Shown here in pieces: positions 20,998-33,688 of a stretch of DNA of 64,000 nt (position 1 is its first letter; every line of letters begins with the position of its first letter). The position numbers and the translations under genes are program-made. The notes beneath the pieces are model-generated. The model did not search any database and had not been told where the DNA came from. It saw nothing but the letters and a program-made list of their open reading frames with translations. Source of the DNA: an uncultured delta proteobacterium (GTDB lineage: Bacteria; Desulfobacterota; WTBG01; CAIYCZ01; CAIRTM01); assembly GCA_963804955.1 (NCBI GenBank), contig CAWDSQ010000030.1, forward strand, positions 128,001-192,000, in the 5' to 3' direction.

Positions 20998-22234
20998 ATG
21001 GCAACGCAGCACAGCACAATCGGGAAACAACGCGGCAAAGGCAAAGTTGTGCAGCCTGTGCGGCCTGTGTATGGTGAAGGAATGGCCTGCGCAGGAAAGC
21101 GCTCAGGGGTGCGTCTTTACCGTCGGCTGGCTCGGCGGGCAGGGATCCCGCCGTTTGGAAGGGAGCGCGCCAGGGACAGCTCCGATGAAATGATGTTCGG
21201 CATCAGCCGCGAGCGCTTTGTCGCCCGGATGAAACATCCGCTGCCAGGAACGCAGTTTACCGGCATCATAACCGGCATAGCCGAAAAGTCCTTTGAGTCG
21301 GGCCTGGTAGATGCCGTGGTCACGCTGCACCGAAGCAGGGAAGATTATTTTATGCCGGTGCCGGTGCTGGCGCAGTCAACAGACGAGATCCTTGCCGGCG
21401 GCGGCAGCAAGCCGGTGCTGGCGCAGACGCTGGTTGCACTTGAAAAAGCCTGCAAGCTGGGGCTGAAGCGCCTGCTGGTGATCGGCGCTTCCTGCCATGT
21501 TCACAACCTGCGCGAGTTTCAGCGCCGGTTTTCCTATATCCGTGATATGGACCTGTATACCGTGGGCATTCCCTGTACGGACAATGTTCACCCGAAAAAT
21601 TTCCGCTTTATCCTGAGCAGAATATCCCGCTCCCATGAAACCGTCCGCCATTATGAAATTCATGCAGGACTTCACCATCCATCTCCGCGCATGCCGACGG
21701 CAAGCCTTGAGCGCGTTCCGTTTTTCTGCCTGCCGCCCGAGATCTCAAGCCCGGAAATGCTCACCCCAGCTGCAGGAGCTGCTTTGATTACTGCAACAGC
21801 CTTGCCGATATAACGGTGGGGTATTGCGGCGCGCCGCTTGACACTGAGAAAATGTATCAGTGGGTGCTGGTGCGAACCGGAAAAGGGGAGCAGCTGCAGA
21901 GACTCATTGCCGATGAGCTTGAAAAATACCCCGAAAGCGCGGAGGGCGACCGGACCCCTTATGTGCACAAGTATGCGCAGAAATTTACGGGCAACGGCGG
22001 GCAGGGCAGGGCGGAGCAGGCAAGTCCCGCTGCGCGCATGTCGATTGAAGACGGCATGGACATGGCCGACTACCTGTATGCGGCCGGGCCCCGCGGCCTT
22101 GAGTTCGTGCGGTATGCGGTCGAGACGCACCTTATCCGCAATTCTCTGTGAAGGAGAATTATCAGCAGCAGCTCGCGACGCTTGTGCCGCAGCATGTGTA
22201 TCGCATACTTGAAGCATACGGGCTGCAGCCCTAG
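20998..22234 (+). CDS. FrhB/FdhB-family Fe-S flavoprotein (BciB/HCAR-like), frameshifted
   Basis: N-terminal LCSLCGLC (alternative frame), GTQFTGIITGIA...VDAVV, KRLLVIGASCHV, GIPCTDN, CFDYCNSLADITVGY. Confidence 0.75.
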
Positions 22235-22333
22235 CAGGGCGGTCACCTGTTATGTACAGTGCCTCAACAGGTATGCTGAAAGGAGAGCCTGCTAATTTTT
22301 AATTTTCCCTGTTAATGTGTTCAAGGTGGGACT

Positions 22334-22864
22334 ATGAAACAAATTTTTTTGCCGCAGTGGCAGTCGTTCTGTTTTTTGCTTTCGTTCAGTATGCGCGAGC
22401 TCCAGAGCCTCGCATAAATGTAAAATCTCTTCAAGGGTTAACGGGATTAGCGGTAGTAGTGGGGGGATTGTCTGAAGACGCGAAAAAAATAAAAATTACG
22501 ACGGGATATTCAGGAAATTGCTGAACAGAAATTAAGGATGGCCGGGATAAAAGTGCTAACCAGGGAAGAACGCTTACGCACTCCCGGTATGCCGTATCTC
22601 TATCTGCGTATCAGCATAAAGGTTACCGATGACGGCTTTGTGTATGGAAGCACAAAAATTCAGGTTGAAGAGGAGGCGTGTCTGTCAAGGAAAGCAATGT
22701 GCAGCACATTACTTGCACGCGATACGGCTCAATTTTCTCCGTACAGCTCAGATAGAGCGCAGCAATTCTTAAAAGACTCCATAACGGAGGATATGGATGT
22801 TTTCCTCAAGGACTTCTTTACCGTAAGCCCCAGGAACAATACCTGTGCAACCGACGCTCAATAG
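22334..22864 (+). CDS. Hypothetical exported protein (frameshifted)
   Basis: Signal-like N-terminus, SLQGLTGLAVVV, AGIKVLTREE..TPGMPYLYL. Confidence 0.5.
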
Positions 22865-22981
22865 ATAAGGGAGAGTCGGGGTCAGCCACAGGGATTAATC
22901 CGTTGATGCGGGACGGAAGTTCATGGCGTAGCGAACAGGTGTTTTTAAAAAAGTGATATAAATACACGAACGCGAGGGCCG

Positions 22982-23071
22982 TATAAAGAAATCCTTATAC
23001 TGATTGCCTTTTTAGCAGGCTGGTTTATCCTTCAGGCCTATGTGTTGCCTAAATTCGGCTTTAAGACCTGA
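22982..23071 (+). CDS. Small single-TM protein ending at UGA (possible selenocysteine readthrough)
   Basis: (M)KEILILIAFLAGWFILQAYVLPKFGFKT-UGA after a GAGGG RBS-like site; the ATG appears to lack one base. Hairpin follows the UGA. Confidence 0.45.
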   Translation, partial: YKEILILIAFLAGWFILQAYVLPKFGFKT

Positions 23072-23222
23072 CTGATGCCTCAAAACCGCAGGCGGCGGAA
23101 CATCAGGTTAAAGACGAATCCAGGCCGGGCAGAAATAAAACAGTGGCCTAAAGAGAAGGGCCTCTTTAGCCTGTCCCCTTGTAGCCTATGAAAAAGCTTT
23201 GGCCGAGGGGCCTGCCAATTTT

Positions 23223-25411
23223 TTAAATCCCCCCGGGTGCAGGCTCTTCAATGTCACGGTATACAATGTCTTCATAGCAGGTGCCGGGCAGTTCAATCGC
23301 GTCAGTTTCGGTCATGTTGTCGAGTCAGATTGACGGTGACCGCACGGTCGCTGAGCGCGTATATATAGTCTCCCATGAACATGCTGCGGCGTATATCCTG
23401 GTTGCTCCAGTAGCAGGCCGTGGCGCTGTTGTAATAGTTTGAATGGTCAACAGTTCCATGGATGGTAAAGCCCGCGGCAGGATCGACCTTGATGAGCATA
23501 AGTTTGCTTATGTAGCTGTAGCTCCAGTTGCCCGAGCCGTCCCATGAGGAACTGGAAGCGCTCAGGGGCACGGCAAGCAGCTGTTCCGGCTCCCAGTACT
23601 GGAAGGCCTTGTGCTCGTAGGCAGCCTCGCTGTGACCCCCAGGTGGAAGCTGGTCATTATCGCTCTGATTCAGCAAAGCAGCGTCAGGTTGTCGATCATG
23701 AGGGGGTTGCCGAAATCCGAGACATCAAAAAGCGACACCATAATGGACCCGTCGAGGCCGTTTTCGTCCCCGCCATAACCGATTGTCGAGCAGGCGGTCT
23801 TCAGAAATCGGGTGAATATAGGTGGAGACGCCGGGCACCTGGATTTCGCCGATGACCGCGGGCGCTGACGGGTTGCTGAGGTCAATTGTCCACAGGGGGT
23901 CCGTATTGCGGAAGGTGACCAGATATCCTTTCGCGCCGATAAACCGCGCCGCCCAGATGCGCTCGCCCTCGAGCAATACCGCCAAGGTGGCCTGTGATGC
24001 TGAGGCTGCCATTGTCGGCAGGGTGAGCACGTAGACATGATTTGCAGGTCAGCCGGAGTCTGGCTCCACCAGCGGCCCCATGCATTCGTGGTGGCGGCAA
24101 CGCGCACAGCCCCTTCATACTCGGAAAGGCAGAACTGGCTGCCGACATGCCTGTCGTACTCTTCCGCTGCCCGCATACAGAGAGGTTCCGTTATCAAGAA
24201 TAAATTTATGAATGTTGGTTGCTTCTTTAAACGCACTGTTGGCTCGTATACCACCATGACGCATTGGACGGCTCGGCAAGCAGCAGGGTGTCGTCACTGG
24301 CATAGACCGTTGACCAGTTGCTGACAATATGCTGGTCATCAGGCTGCATGTTCTCGGCAAGCAGGTCAAGGCTCAGGATGGAGGTAGAGCCGCGGCTGAT
24401 CCCGTCTTCTGCGATGCTGAAATTGCCGCAGGACTCTGCCGCACTGTCATGCTCGAGCAGCGTTGAGCCCGCAAGCTCATACCAGCGCGGCACGAGGTCT
24501 TGAAGCGTCAGCCTGTTTATTACCGCTTCATTTTCAGCAATGGCCCTCGCGGCGGCCTGGTTCCAGATAAGCCTGCGCAGGGCTGGGCTGTTGATGGAGT
24601 AATACATGTCCGGCAGGTCGGGCCAGTAGACAAGTCCCGGCACATCCATCCAGGCATAGGAGGCCATGTGCACGAAGCTTGCAATCAGGCGCGCCGTCTG
24701 GTATGCGCCCTCCACATAAAATTCCCTGCTCACCTGCGGTGCATCGGCCCCCTGCAGGTCCAGAACGGTGATTTTTGTCAGGACGGATGCGCGATACAGC
24801 CTGCTGCTGTCGTTTGCCGCGGGCCCCGGCGCCGTTTCGATAAAGGGGCGCAGGGGATGCGTTGCAGGAAGTGCGTACGGATACAGCGATGAAAAAACAA
24901 TCGCGCAATCAGCCCTTCCGCCGGGGGATTCTTTGTGAATAAGCATCTCCAGGGCAGAGCCCTCAATCCGCGTTGCAGTCCCCCCGTCGATACTGCCGAA
25001 TGCCGGAATGGGAAGCATTATGAAAGTATTATTGTCCAGCACAAAGAGAGAGTGCCCGTCGGTTTTGGTGAAATCGGCTTCATCGACACCCGCCTCCTGA
25101 TTGTTGGTGCCAGAGTAGTCAACTCCTTCCGCAGGGCCTTTGCCGCCATCGAAGGCGCTGTCGCTTCGCGGCCCGCCCGGCGGCATGCCGCCGGTTTCAG
25201 GAGAGTAGAGCATGGCATCCGTATAGGAAAGGAGGCTGGCGCGCATCTCCTGCCGGAGATTGTCTTTGAGCCTGCGCTCAAGATCGCTGCAGGCGGTAAA
25301 GCTGACCAGATCGGGTGTTGTGCGCTGATGCATTTTTTTACACCCGGCAGCATAACAGCAAAGGGCCGCCAGCACAGAACACCACAGGATTGTCATGCCT
25401 GATCGAGACAT
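23223..25411 (-). CDS. Beta-propeller domain lipoprotein (Beta_propel type), multiple frameshifts
   Basis: AAGC lipobox; YSGTNNQEAGVDEADFTKTDG; ERIWAARF.G..GYLVTFRNTDPLW.IDLS.P; PGVSTYIHP; HKAF. Confidence 0.8.
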
Positions 25412-25718
25412 TGCAGGTCCTTTTTTTATTGATCGTTTCGCATGAAGCATATGGTCTGTCCTTAAACTAAAATATAGCATATTTTGCGAGGTTTTATCCC
25501 GGAATTGAGAGCGGGAGAAAGTAAAAGACAGTACTGTGGACGTACCGCTGAAAGGAGAGCATGCCGCTCGAGTCATACAAGGGGACGTCCATAAATAAAT
25601 TACTTCTGAGCAATAGATCTTTCACCCACATTAACCCACATTAACCTTGACACACACCACCCTTCATTTTATATTCTGCCCTTCCTAAAAAACTCTTACC
25701 GATTGGGCGAATGTACTC

Positions 25719-26884
25719 ATGCCGGAAATCAGCAATCGCACAGCAGCATTTACTGAATCAGTTATCCGGCACATGACCCGCGTTGCCAACCGGACAGGCG
25801 CGGTCAACCTTTCGCAGGGATTTCCCGATTTTGATCCGCCTGCCGAGCTTATCGAGGCTTTGCAGCGGGTCGCCGTGTCGGGGCCCCATCAGTATGCCGT
25901 TACCTGGGCGCTCCCGCTTTCCGGCAGGCCCTTGCAAAAAAACAGCAGCGGTTCATGAGATTCCGATTGATCCCGAGACAAATATCACGGTTACCTGCGG
26001 CAGCACTGAGGCAATGATGGCCAGCATGATGGCAGTGACCAATCCGGGTGATCAGGTCATTATATTTTCACCGTTTTACGAAAACTATGCGGCAGACGCA
26101 ATTCTTACCGGCGCGCAGCCGCTGCACGTGCCGCTGCGGCCGCCCGATTTCACCTTTGACCCGGCTGAGCTTCGCCGGGCCTTTGAAAAGCGGCCCAAAG
26201 CCCTTATCCTCTGCAACCCCGGCAACCCGACCGGCAAGGTGTTCACCCGGGAGGAGCTGCTGTGCATCGCCCGTCTTGCCGAAGAGTTTGATGCCTTTGT
26301 CATTACCGACGAGGTCTATGAGCATATTGTCTATGCCCCGCACGTACATACCTATTTCGCAGCGCTGCCCGGCATGTTCGAGCGGACCATTTCGTGCAGC
26401 TCGCTTTCTAAAACATATTCCATTACCGGCTGGCGCCTGGGCTCTATCATCGCAGCGCCGAACATCATCGACGCAACGCGGAAAGTCCACGATTTTTTAA
26501 CCGTTGGCGCTGCCGCCCCTTTGCAGGAAGCAGCGGTTACCGCGCTTAACTTTCCCGATTCCTATTACAGCGGCCTGACCGCAGCCTATACTGCAAAACG
26601 ATCCCTGTTTCTCGATGCGCTTGACCAGGCAGGCCTTTCCTACATTGCCCCGGCGGGCGTATTATGTCATGGTTGACGTGTCGGAATTCGGCGTTGAAAA
26701 TGACGCCGCATTCTGCGAGTGGCTCGCCAGTGAAATCGGCATTGCGGCGGTGCCCGGATCGAGCTTTTTCAGGGAGCCGGTACACAGGTACATCAGATTT
26801 CATTTTGCGAAAAAAGAAGACACCCTGGCTGAAGCCGGAAGGCGGCTTCTGAAGCTGCGCAGTTGCGTTCTGCCTTACCGGTGA
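25719..26884 (+). CDS. PLP-dependent class I/II aminotransferase (YbdL-like), frameshifted
   Basis: AVNLSQGFPDF, NPGNPTGKVF, TDEVYEH, SLSKTYSITGWRLG, AAVPGSSFF, IRFHFAK. Confidence 0.92.
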
Positions 26885-27494
26885 ACGGCCGAGGAAAAGA
26901 AAGGGGGCAACAGCGCCCTTCCCTGATCAACCCATGATTTTCAAGGCCTTCTTTTTCGAGCTCCAGTTCAGCAATCCTTGTACCGGCAGCAGACTTCCGT
27001 CTCGTGCCTGCTGCCTTTTTTCTTCCTCAATGCCGACTCCTGCCTTCTAACTTCTGCCTTCTGTCTTATGGTTGTTCGCCGTACCAGGAATAGATCCCCC
27101 TGGGCCTCAAGCTCTCTTTGACCCGCAATGCAATCCGGGACATAGCACACTGTGAGATGTGTCCAAAAATCAAGCGCCACTGTTTGCAGAGCTGCAGGCT
27201 GCACATCTTTTGGCACAAACTGGGCCGACACTGTGTGTGTCATGGCGCATGTACAGCTTTGTTTATTTGTTTTTCCATTGAGCGGAAATGGTTATTGCCT
27301 GAAAATGTTTGTGTTTTATTTTGACCCGAAATTTTCTCTGCTTGGCATGTTGTGTGAATGTTTCTTATTACGAAAAGGCGGGTTTGCAGCATGCCAACGC
27401 AGTAACAAAGATACGGCATGATAAAAACCAGGCGGAAACAAAAAAACTTCAACCTGTTGTATCGGGAGAACCCGGTCATCAGAAAGGTGCGTTC

Positions 27495-29329
27495 ATGAAA
27501 AGACTTTCAGCTTCCTTGTTTCTGCTCATACTGTGTGTGGCAGCCCTGGCATTCCCGGGTTGCAAAGTTGGGCCCACATATCCGATCTCGCCTGATGTGA
27601 AAACAACACGCGAGCGAACAGTGCGGCCTGTCGCACTGCCTGGCGACACAACTCCCCTGACCATAGATCAGGTGGAACACTACGGGCCAAACGGCTACAG
27701 TAAGTGGGGGTTTGGGGATCCGGTCGATTACGGCCCCCTTTCACCGGACAATTCCGATGTGGGCACCTACACCGCAGGTGAAACGCTTTTAACTTTCTTC
27801 ACCATGAGCGACATTCATATCGTTGACAAGGAATCCCCGGTCCAGGCGATCTTCGGGGCCATGAGCACGAATCCGGCTGAGCCCCCTCCGGGCTTTGGAA
27901 ACACCAACACCTCGGCCTATTCACCGGTCATCCTCTCGACCACCCATGTCCTTGACGCGGCGGTCCAGACGATCAACGCCCTCCACAAGGGCCCGTCCCC
28001 CTTTGATTTCGGCATATCCCTGGGCGATGATGCAAACAGCAATCAGTATAATGAGCTCAGGTGGTTTATCGATATCATGGACGGGAAGACGATCACGCCA
28101 AGCTCGGGAGCGCATTTGGGGGCAGACTCCGTTGATTATCAAAAGCCCTATCGGGCGGCCGGGCTTGACCTGTCGATTCCCTGGTACCAGACCATGGGCA
28201 ATCATGACCAGTACTGGTGCGGCACCCTCATCATGGACGATTATGCCCGAAGGGTCCTCGTGGGCGACACCGTTATTAACATGGCCCTGGCGGGCGCAAC
28301 TGCGTTTCCTTCATTTGAGGGCAGCGGCTACTATATGGGCGTCATTGACGGCGCTACGGTGTACGGGAGCATCCTGGGCTATGGCGATGCCGCGACCATG
28401 GCGCCGCCCGCCATAGCAGCCGACGTTCAGCGCCATGCCCTTGCTACCATGAAGTCCAACTCGCTGAACTGGATGAAAGAGTTTTTCAAGACCACGTCAC
28501 AGCCGCGGGGGCACGGATTCACGCAGGCCAGCCTCGATAACGACTTCGCCTCCTACTCTTTCGAGCCCAGGGCAAACCTGCCCCTCAAGGTCATCGTGCT
28601 TGATGACACGTGCAAGGAGAACCCGTACGCCGCGGACAGCTCCTACGCACGGGCCTGCCTGGACCAGCCGCGATACGACTGGCTGGTAAATGAACTGAAC
28701 AAGGGCCAGGCCGACGGCAAGCTCATGATCATAGCGGCGCATATCCCCGTAGGGCCTCAGGCGAATGTCCTGATAATCCTGCCGCGGCCCCGGCTGATAA
28801 TCAGAAGATCCTCCCGCTGTTCCTCTCCACCGTTCATCTTGGCCCGGCTCCTCCTAATGAGCCGCTCACCCCCTATAATGTCGTAACCGATGAGATGCTG
28901 CTTGATACGCTCCACAACTATCCGAACCTGATCCTGTGGATCTCGGGGCATCGTCACATCAACACCGTCACCCCGCAGCCTGCGCCTGACCCCAAAGGTC
29001 CGGAATGCGGTTTCTGGGAAGTCGAAACTTCATCACTGCGAGACTTCCCCCAGCAGTTCCGGACCTTTAAAATTGTGCGCAACAGCAACGATACGATTTC
29101 AATCTTCGTGACCGACGTAGACCCTGCGGTTCAGGACGATCCGGCGGCCCGGCCCGGCTCACCTGCGGCAAAGTCACGCGGGTATGCCATCGGCGCAAAC
29201 AGGATAGCAGCAGGCGAGCCCGGCGCATTCACCGATACTACCGCTCATGTCTACAATGCCGAGCTGGTGAAGCACTTGAGCACTGAAATGCAGGCGATAA
29301 TCGCCAATTATGGAGCGAACACGGAATAG
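27495..29329 (+). CDS. Exported metallophosphoesterase (TIGR03768-like lipoprotein), frameshifted
   Basis: FPGC lipobox; SDIHIVDKESP, LDAAVQTINALH, LGDDAN, GNHD, AAHIP, WISGHRH, FWEVETSSLRDFPQQFR. Confidence 0.8.
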
Positions 29330-29516
29330 GCGATACCGTTCAGGACACCGGCAGCCGATTTTGAAAAATTTTTATGTGTCAAGGTGTTTTCTGTGGTGAC
29401 TGGGGGGATGAGTACATAACCTTACTGTCGTCCGGCTGATGGCTTCATCCCAAGGCGTTTTGCTTCTGCAGAAGAACGCAGGAAATGCCGGCTGGCACAA
29501 GCTCTTCAGGCTGGTC

Positions 29517-30542
29517 TTATTGCGCGGCGCCTGGCAGCCCGCAGTAGCCTGAAAGCTCAACATAGGCAGAGCCTGCAGCAGGGGAGCCGTTGATGGAGCC
29601 GGCAGCTCTGCAGAGGCCTTCCCAGTAATCGGGCGTCATGGCGCTGTAGAATATCTGGCTGTCAAAAAGGGGCAGGACGGTAAATTCCGCATTCAGGTCA
29701 GGGATGGAAAGCGTCCAGTCAAGCGGGAAGCTGCAGGCGCCGGCAGCATCCTCGTAGGTGCGGTGCGCCTGCATGTGGAAGACCGTGCCATAGGTAACTT
29801 CGCCGGAGGCGGAGCGGTAGGTCCAGTTGGATCTGACCGTGCGGCCAAAGATGTTGCGGAAGTGAAACAGCATGAGCGCGCCGCCGTCGTCGAGGCGCAG
29901 CGAAAACCAGTCCCAGCTGATCCCGAAGACGGTGAAATTGCCCCACTGATGGTCCATCCAGGTGCGGCCTGCAATGATATGATACTCTCGCCCCCTGAAG
30001 GTAATACTGCCCGTGGTGCTCAGATCGGTGAATGAATAATAAAAGGAGGTCAGCCCGTCGCCCATGGCAATGGCGCCGTCGCGGCCATGCAGCAGCACGC
30101 CGCTGCGGGGCGCGAGCTCAAGATCAAGGCTTGCATTGTCTGAGCTTGCGTGTATGAACATGGTCCGGTTGTCGGAAAAATCGAAGGAGAAATCCGTGAT
30201 GCTGATTGCGGGGATGCCTTCGGCTATGCCGTCAACCGGCGGCCGCGTCAGGGTTTCTTTGTACGCATAGTCCTGCGTCTCCGGGTCGCTGACTGCCACA
30301 TGGCCAAGGTAGCCGAACTCCTTTTTACTTAAAACCCGGTTCTTGAAAATCGTGCATTCAAAACCGAGGGCCCTGCCGCTGCCGTCGGAGGCCAGGCCGG
30401 TGAAGTACCACCACTCATGGCTGCTGTCAAAATGCGGGCCGTGGTCTGCGGGAAACTGCAGCTTGCGGCCATCCCTGCAGCCGGCCCCTGCAAGGAGCAT
30501 GATGGCGATACAGGCATACAGTGCTGTGAGGGTTCTGCTCAT
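29517..30542 (-). CDS. Lipocalin-like / CrtC-AttH-type hydratase family lipoprotein
   Basis: FPADHGPH..EWWYFTG, SFYYS, WMDHQWG, WDWFSLRLDDG, YWEG, YVELSGY; ATG at 30542. Confidence 0.85.
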   Translation of the reverse strand: MSRTLTALYACIAIMLLAGAGCRDGRKLQFPADHGPHFDSSHEWWYFTGLASDGSGRALGFECTIFKNRVLSKKEFGYLGHVAVSDPETQDYAYKETLTRPPVDGIAEGIPAISITDFSFDFSDNRTMFIHASSDNASLDLELAPRSGVLLHGRDGAIAMGDGLTSFYYSFTDLSTTGSITFRGREYHIIAGRTWMDHQWGNFTVFGISWDWFSLRLDDGGALMLFHFRNIFGRTVRSNWTYRSASGEVTYGTVFHMQAHRTYEDAAGACSFPLDWTLSIPDLNAEFTVLPLFDSQIFYSAMTPDYWEGLCRAAGSINGSPAAGSAYVELSGYCGLPGAAQ

Positions 30543-30550
30543 ACTAGCTC

Positions 30551-30844
30551 TTAGCAGGCTGTTGAAAAACGCCCATCTGCTGCGCCTGCGCTCACCATGC
30601 TTCACTGCGGCGTACAAAAAGCAGGTCTCATTGTCTGCCTCCACAACCTTTGGCTGTGGAGGCAGAAGGCAACATGGCACTTTGTGCCCGTGTCTTCCCT
30701 TTCAGTGGAAGACACGCCACCCGCCCTGCGGGTGGTTGTTGACTACGCATGATTGCCTGCGCGCAGGTGTCAGAGACAACGCACGCCTTGCATCCGGGCA
30801 TTTTTAAACAGCCTTCCCCTATTGGTTTTTTTCAACACCCTGCT
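30551..30844. mobile_element. MITE-like element, copy 2, with internal hairpin-rich insertion
   Basis: Termini tagcaggctgttgaaaaa / tttttcaacaccctgct; colinear with 9319-9500 except for an insert at about 30621-30745. Confidence 0.7.
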
Positions 30845-31062
30845 GGACGGTAATGAGAAAGTGGGTGCGCGGTGCGGCTTCCGGCTGCCCGGCCATATTC
30901 AGCCGCACCTCATGTTCCTTTATCGGGGAGTATAGCATACTCCCTTTCAATTATTGAGCATATCGACCGCTTGTATTGTGACGGAGTTGCCGAATGAGTT
31001 TCATTAAGCTGGCTGGCGCTGACACTTCGGAGAGGGCGCATGCATTGAAAAATGCTTCTGCA

Positions 31063-32143
31063 CTATGCCAGCGCCTCAGCGTGTTTCTGAACTGCTGCAG
31101 CTGCTGAAAATCCAAAGCGGTGATGAGCGGTTGTGCATGTTGCCAGTTGGCAGGCGCGCTTGCCTGCCCTGAAAGAATGATGTGTGAGATGAAGCCCAGG
31201 CAAGGGCGGTATCTTTTTACGATTATTCGCCGCTTTTTCGTTGTCGGCAAAAGTCCGGGGCAGCTTCCATCGGCGGTGCAGCCAGCCGAACCACTGCTCG
31301 GGATAGCGGCGCACCATGTCCTCGATAAAGGCATTATACTGGCGGGTATTGGCAATGATATCCTGTTCAGTATCGCCTGTCCTGATCAGGGGAAACGGCT
31401 CACAGAGAATCGTGCGGTTATGTCTGAACCCGGGCTCTTTGATCGTATAGGCCGGCACAACGGCACAGCCTGTTTTCAGGGCAAAAGCGGCAGGGGTGGA
31501 GTAGGTCGAAGCTGTTTTTCCGAAAAACGGCACCGGGAGGCCGTTGCGGCCGGCGTTCTGGTCAAAGAGCAGGGTTACCATGCCGCCCTTTTTCAGGCGC
31601 TGATACAGCTGGCGCAGGCCGTTTTTGCTTGAGATGAGCTCTATTCTGCCTTGGCCGCGGGTGCGGACAATATAGGCATCGACATACGGGTTTTTCAGAG
31701 GCTTGTACAGTGAAGCAGCATTCTCGACATGCTGAGCGAAGGCCGATGAGGCATGCTCCCACATACCCATATGCGGCCCGAGAATTATTACCCCCTTTTT
31801 TTTTGCGAGGGCTTTTTTAAGATGTTCCAGACCTTCAACGGAAACATTTTTGAGCAGGTCAGCCGGTGAGCTGATAACCGACTCGACAAAACCTTCGCCG
31901 AGCATGCGAAAGAGCTTTTTGATAAGATCCTGCCGCTGCGCGCGAGAAAGACTGTCGCCGAAAACGATCTGCAGGTTTTCATGGGCGAGGCGAACGCGCG
32001 CCCTGAAAAATTTTTCCGCAAGCGCCCCGGCATTTCTTTCCAAGGCTTATGGCAACTCTGGCAGGCAGCGCCCGCAACATTGAATCGAACAGGATCAACC
32101 CTGCATATTCAAGCCTGTAGCGAATAGATGATCGTGGTGTCAT
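31063..32143 (-). CDS. Lipid A / lysophospholipid acyltransferase (LpxL/HtrB family), frameshifted; 3' end uncertain
   Basis: H.G.WE (PHMGMWE), FDQN, VPFFG, YPEQWFGWLHRRWK; N-terminal RYRLEY. Confidence 0.88.
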
Positions 32144-32857
32144 GGGTCAGTCAGGTAAGGAGTTCATGTCGTTCGGAATAGTGCACTCAGGGCTGTCTGC
32201 GCCTCGATGCGCGGTGTCCCCGGCGCCCAGCCATGAGCCCCCGCGGCGCGCGTTTTTATGCCATTGTGTTGAGAAATGCCGAGGCGCTCAGAGTCAATCG
32301 TCTTTTCGCAGGCCGTTTCCCAGCACGTGTAGAGGCCGGAGATCCACTGTTTTTAAGGAACTCATGCATGAAGCGCGGTATTTGTTTAAGAAACAGCTTT
32401 GTCTGAAAATCAGGCAGCAGCGGGTCGCCCGTAGCGCTCACCACACTGCTGCGCATAGAGCCAATGCCGGGATGCACGATGCCCCGCTGGTGCATCTGGC
32501 GCACAGACTGTTCAAGCTTGAGAAAAAGTCTGAGCCCGGGCTGACAAAAACCCGCCCCGGGACAGGACGAATATAGGACGGGGGCGATTATGTGTCAAGG
32601 CTAATATGGGCACTGCAGTCCGGCGCTCGGAGAGGTCGCATGGCGCACGCCATCCAGCATGAAGCAGTTTGCCGGCGGGGCTATTTCATTCTTGACACTC
32701 AAACACCCGCATCTTATAGTCTCAGCGGTCGGAAAAGGGCGCCTGTCAATGGCATTGTTTTCATAGGCGCATCCCCTGATTCCACCATGAGCAGTCTGAG
32801 AGAATTTTCTCAGCTGTGCCTCTTGTCGCAACCACACCACTAAATAAAGGGAGCTGC

Positions 32858-33500
32858 TATCGGGCAAAGACGGCATCGATTGGGAACAGCTGTATCAGGT
32901 CAAGTTTACACCCTGGGATGTTAAAAGGCCCGACAGCCATCTGGCGGAGATGGTTCAAACTACCCTGTCAGGCCATGCCGTGCTCTTGAACTGGGCTGCG
33001 GCACCGGAACCAATGCAATCTGGCTTGCACGGCAGGGTTTTGCCGTTACGGCAATCGACCTGTCGGAAACCGCTCTGGATCAGGCGAGAGAAAAAAAGCA
33101 GGCGCTGATGCCTGCACGTTTATGCTGTCTGACTTTCTTGATGACCCGCTGCCGGGGACGGATTTCGGTTTTGTTTTAAGGACCTTTGGCTGCCTGCACG
33201 GATTTACACATCCTGAGCACAGGGAAATGCTCGCCTGCAGGGTTGCCCGGTGCCTGACCGATGACGGCTGCTGGCTGAATATCAGCTGCAGCCAGACAGG
33301 AGCCGCAGTTTGGCCCAAACCGGCTGTCTTGCCCGTGAGATTACCGCTGCTGTTGAACCGTATTTTGAAATACTTTCCCCTCACCGCTACAGTTCTTGAT
33401 AACTTGAGCCCTGAAGACCGCGAGGAGCTGGGCTTTCCCCCCGGATTGCCGCCCCGCGGCTTTCTGCTGTGCTTGATGCGCAAGCGCGCTCCGGAGGATG
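32858..33500 (+). CDS. Class I SAM-dependent methyltransferase (TPMT-like), heavily frameshifted or pseudogene
   Basis: DWEQLYQ...PWD..RPD, RALELGCGTGTNAIWLARQGFAVTAIDLS, FGCLH. Confidence 0.7.
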
Positions 33501-33688
33501 GGACAGACCAGGGATCGTCCATACATAAACCAGCAACGCAATGCAGCAGTGTAAAAATTACCTGACTGCTGAGCATGAAACACCTCCCATGCATGTGGGG
33601 GCTTTTTTTTACTCAAGACTATGCCCCCGCCCAAATACTCTATAATAAAATAGAAGCAGTACTGCTTTCCGGAGAAAGGGAGTTTATT

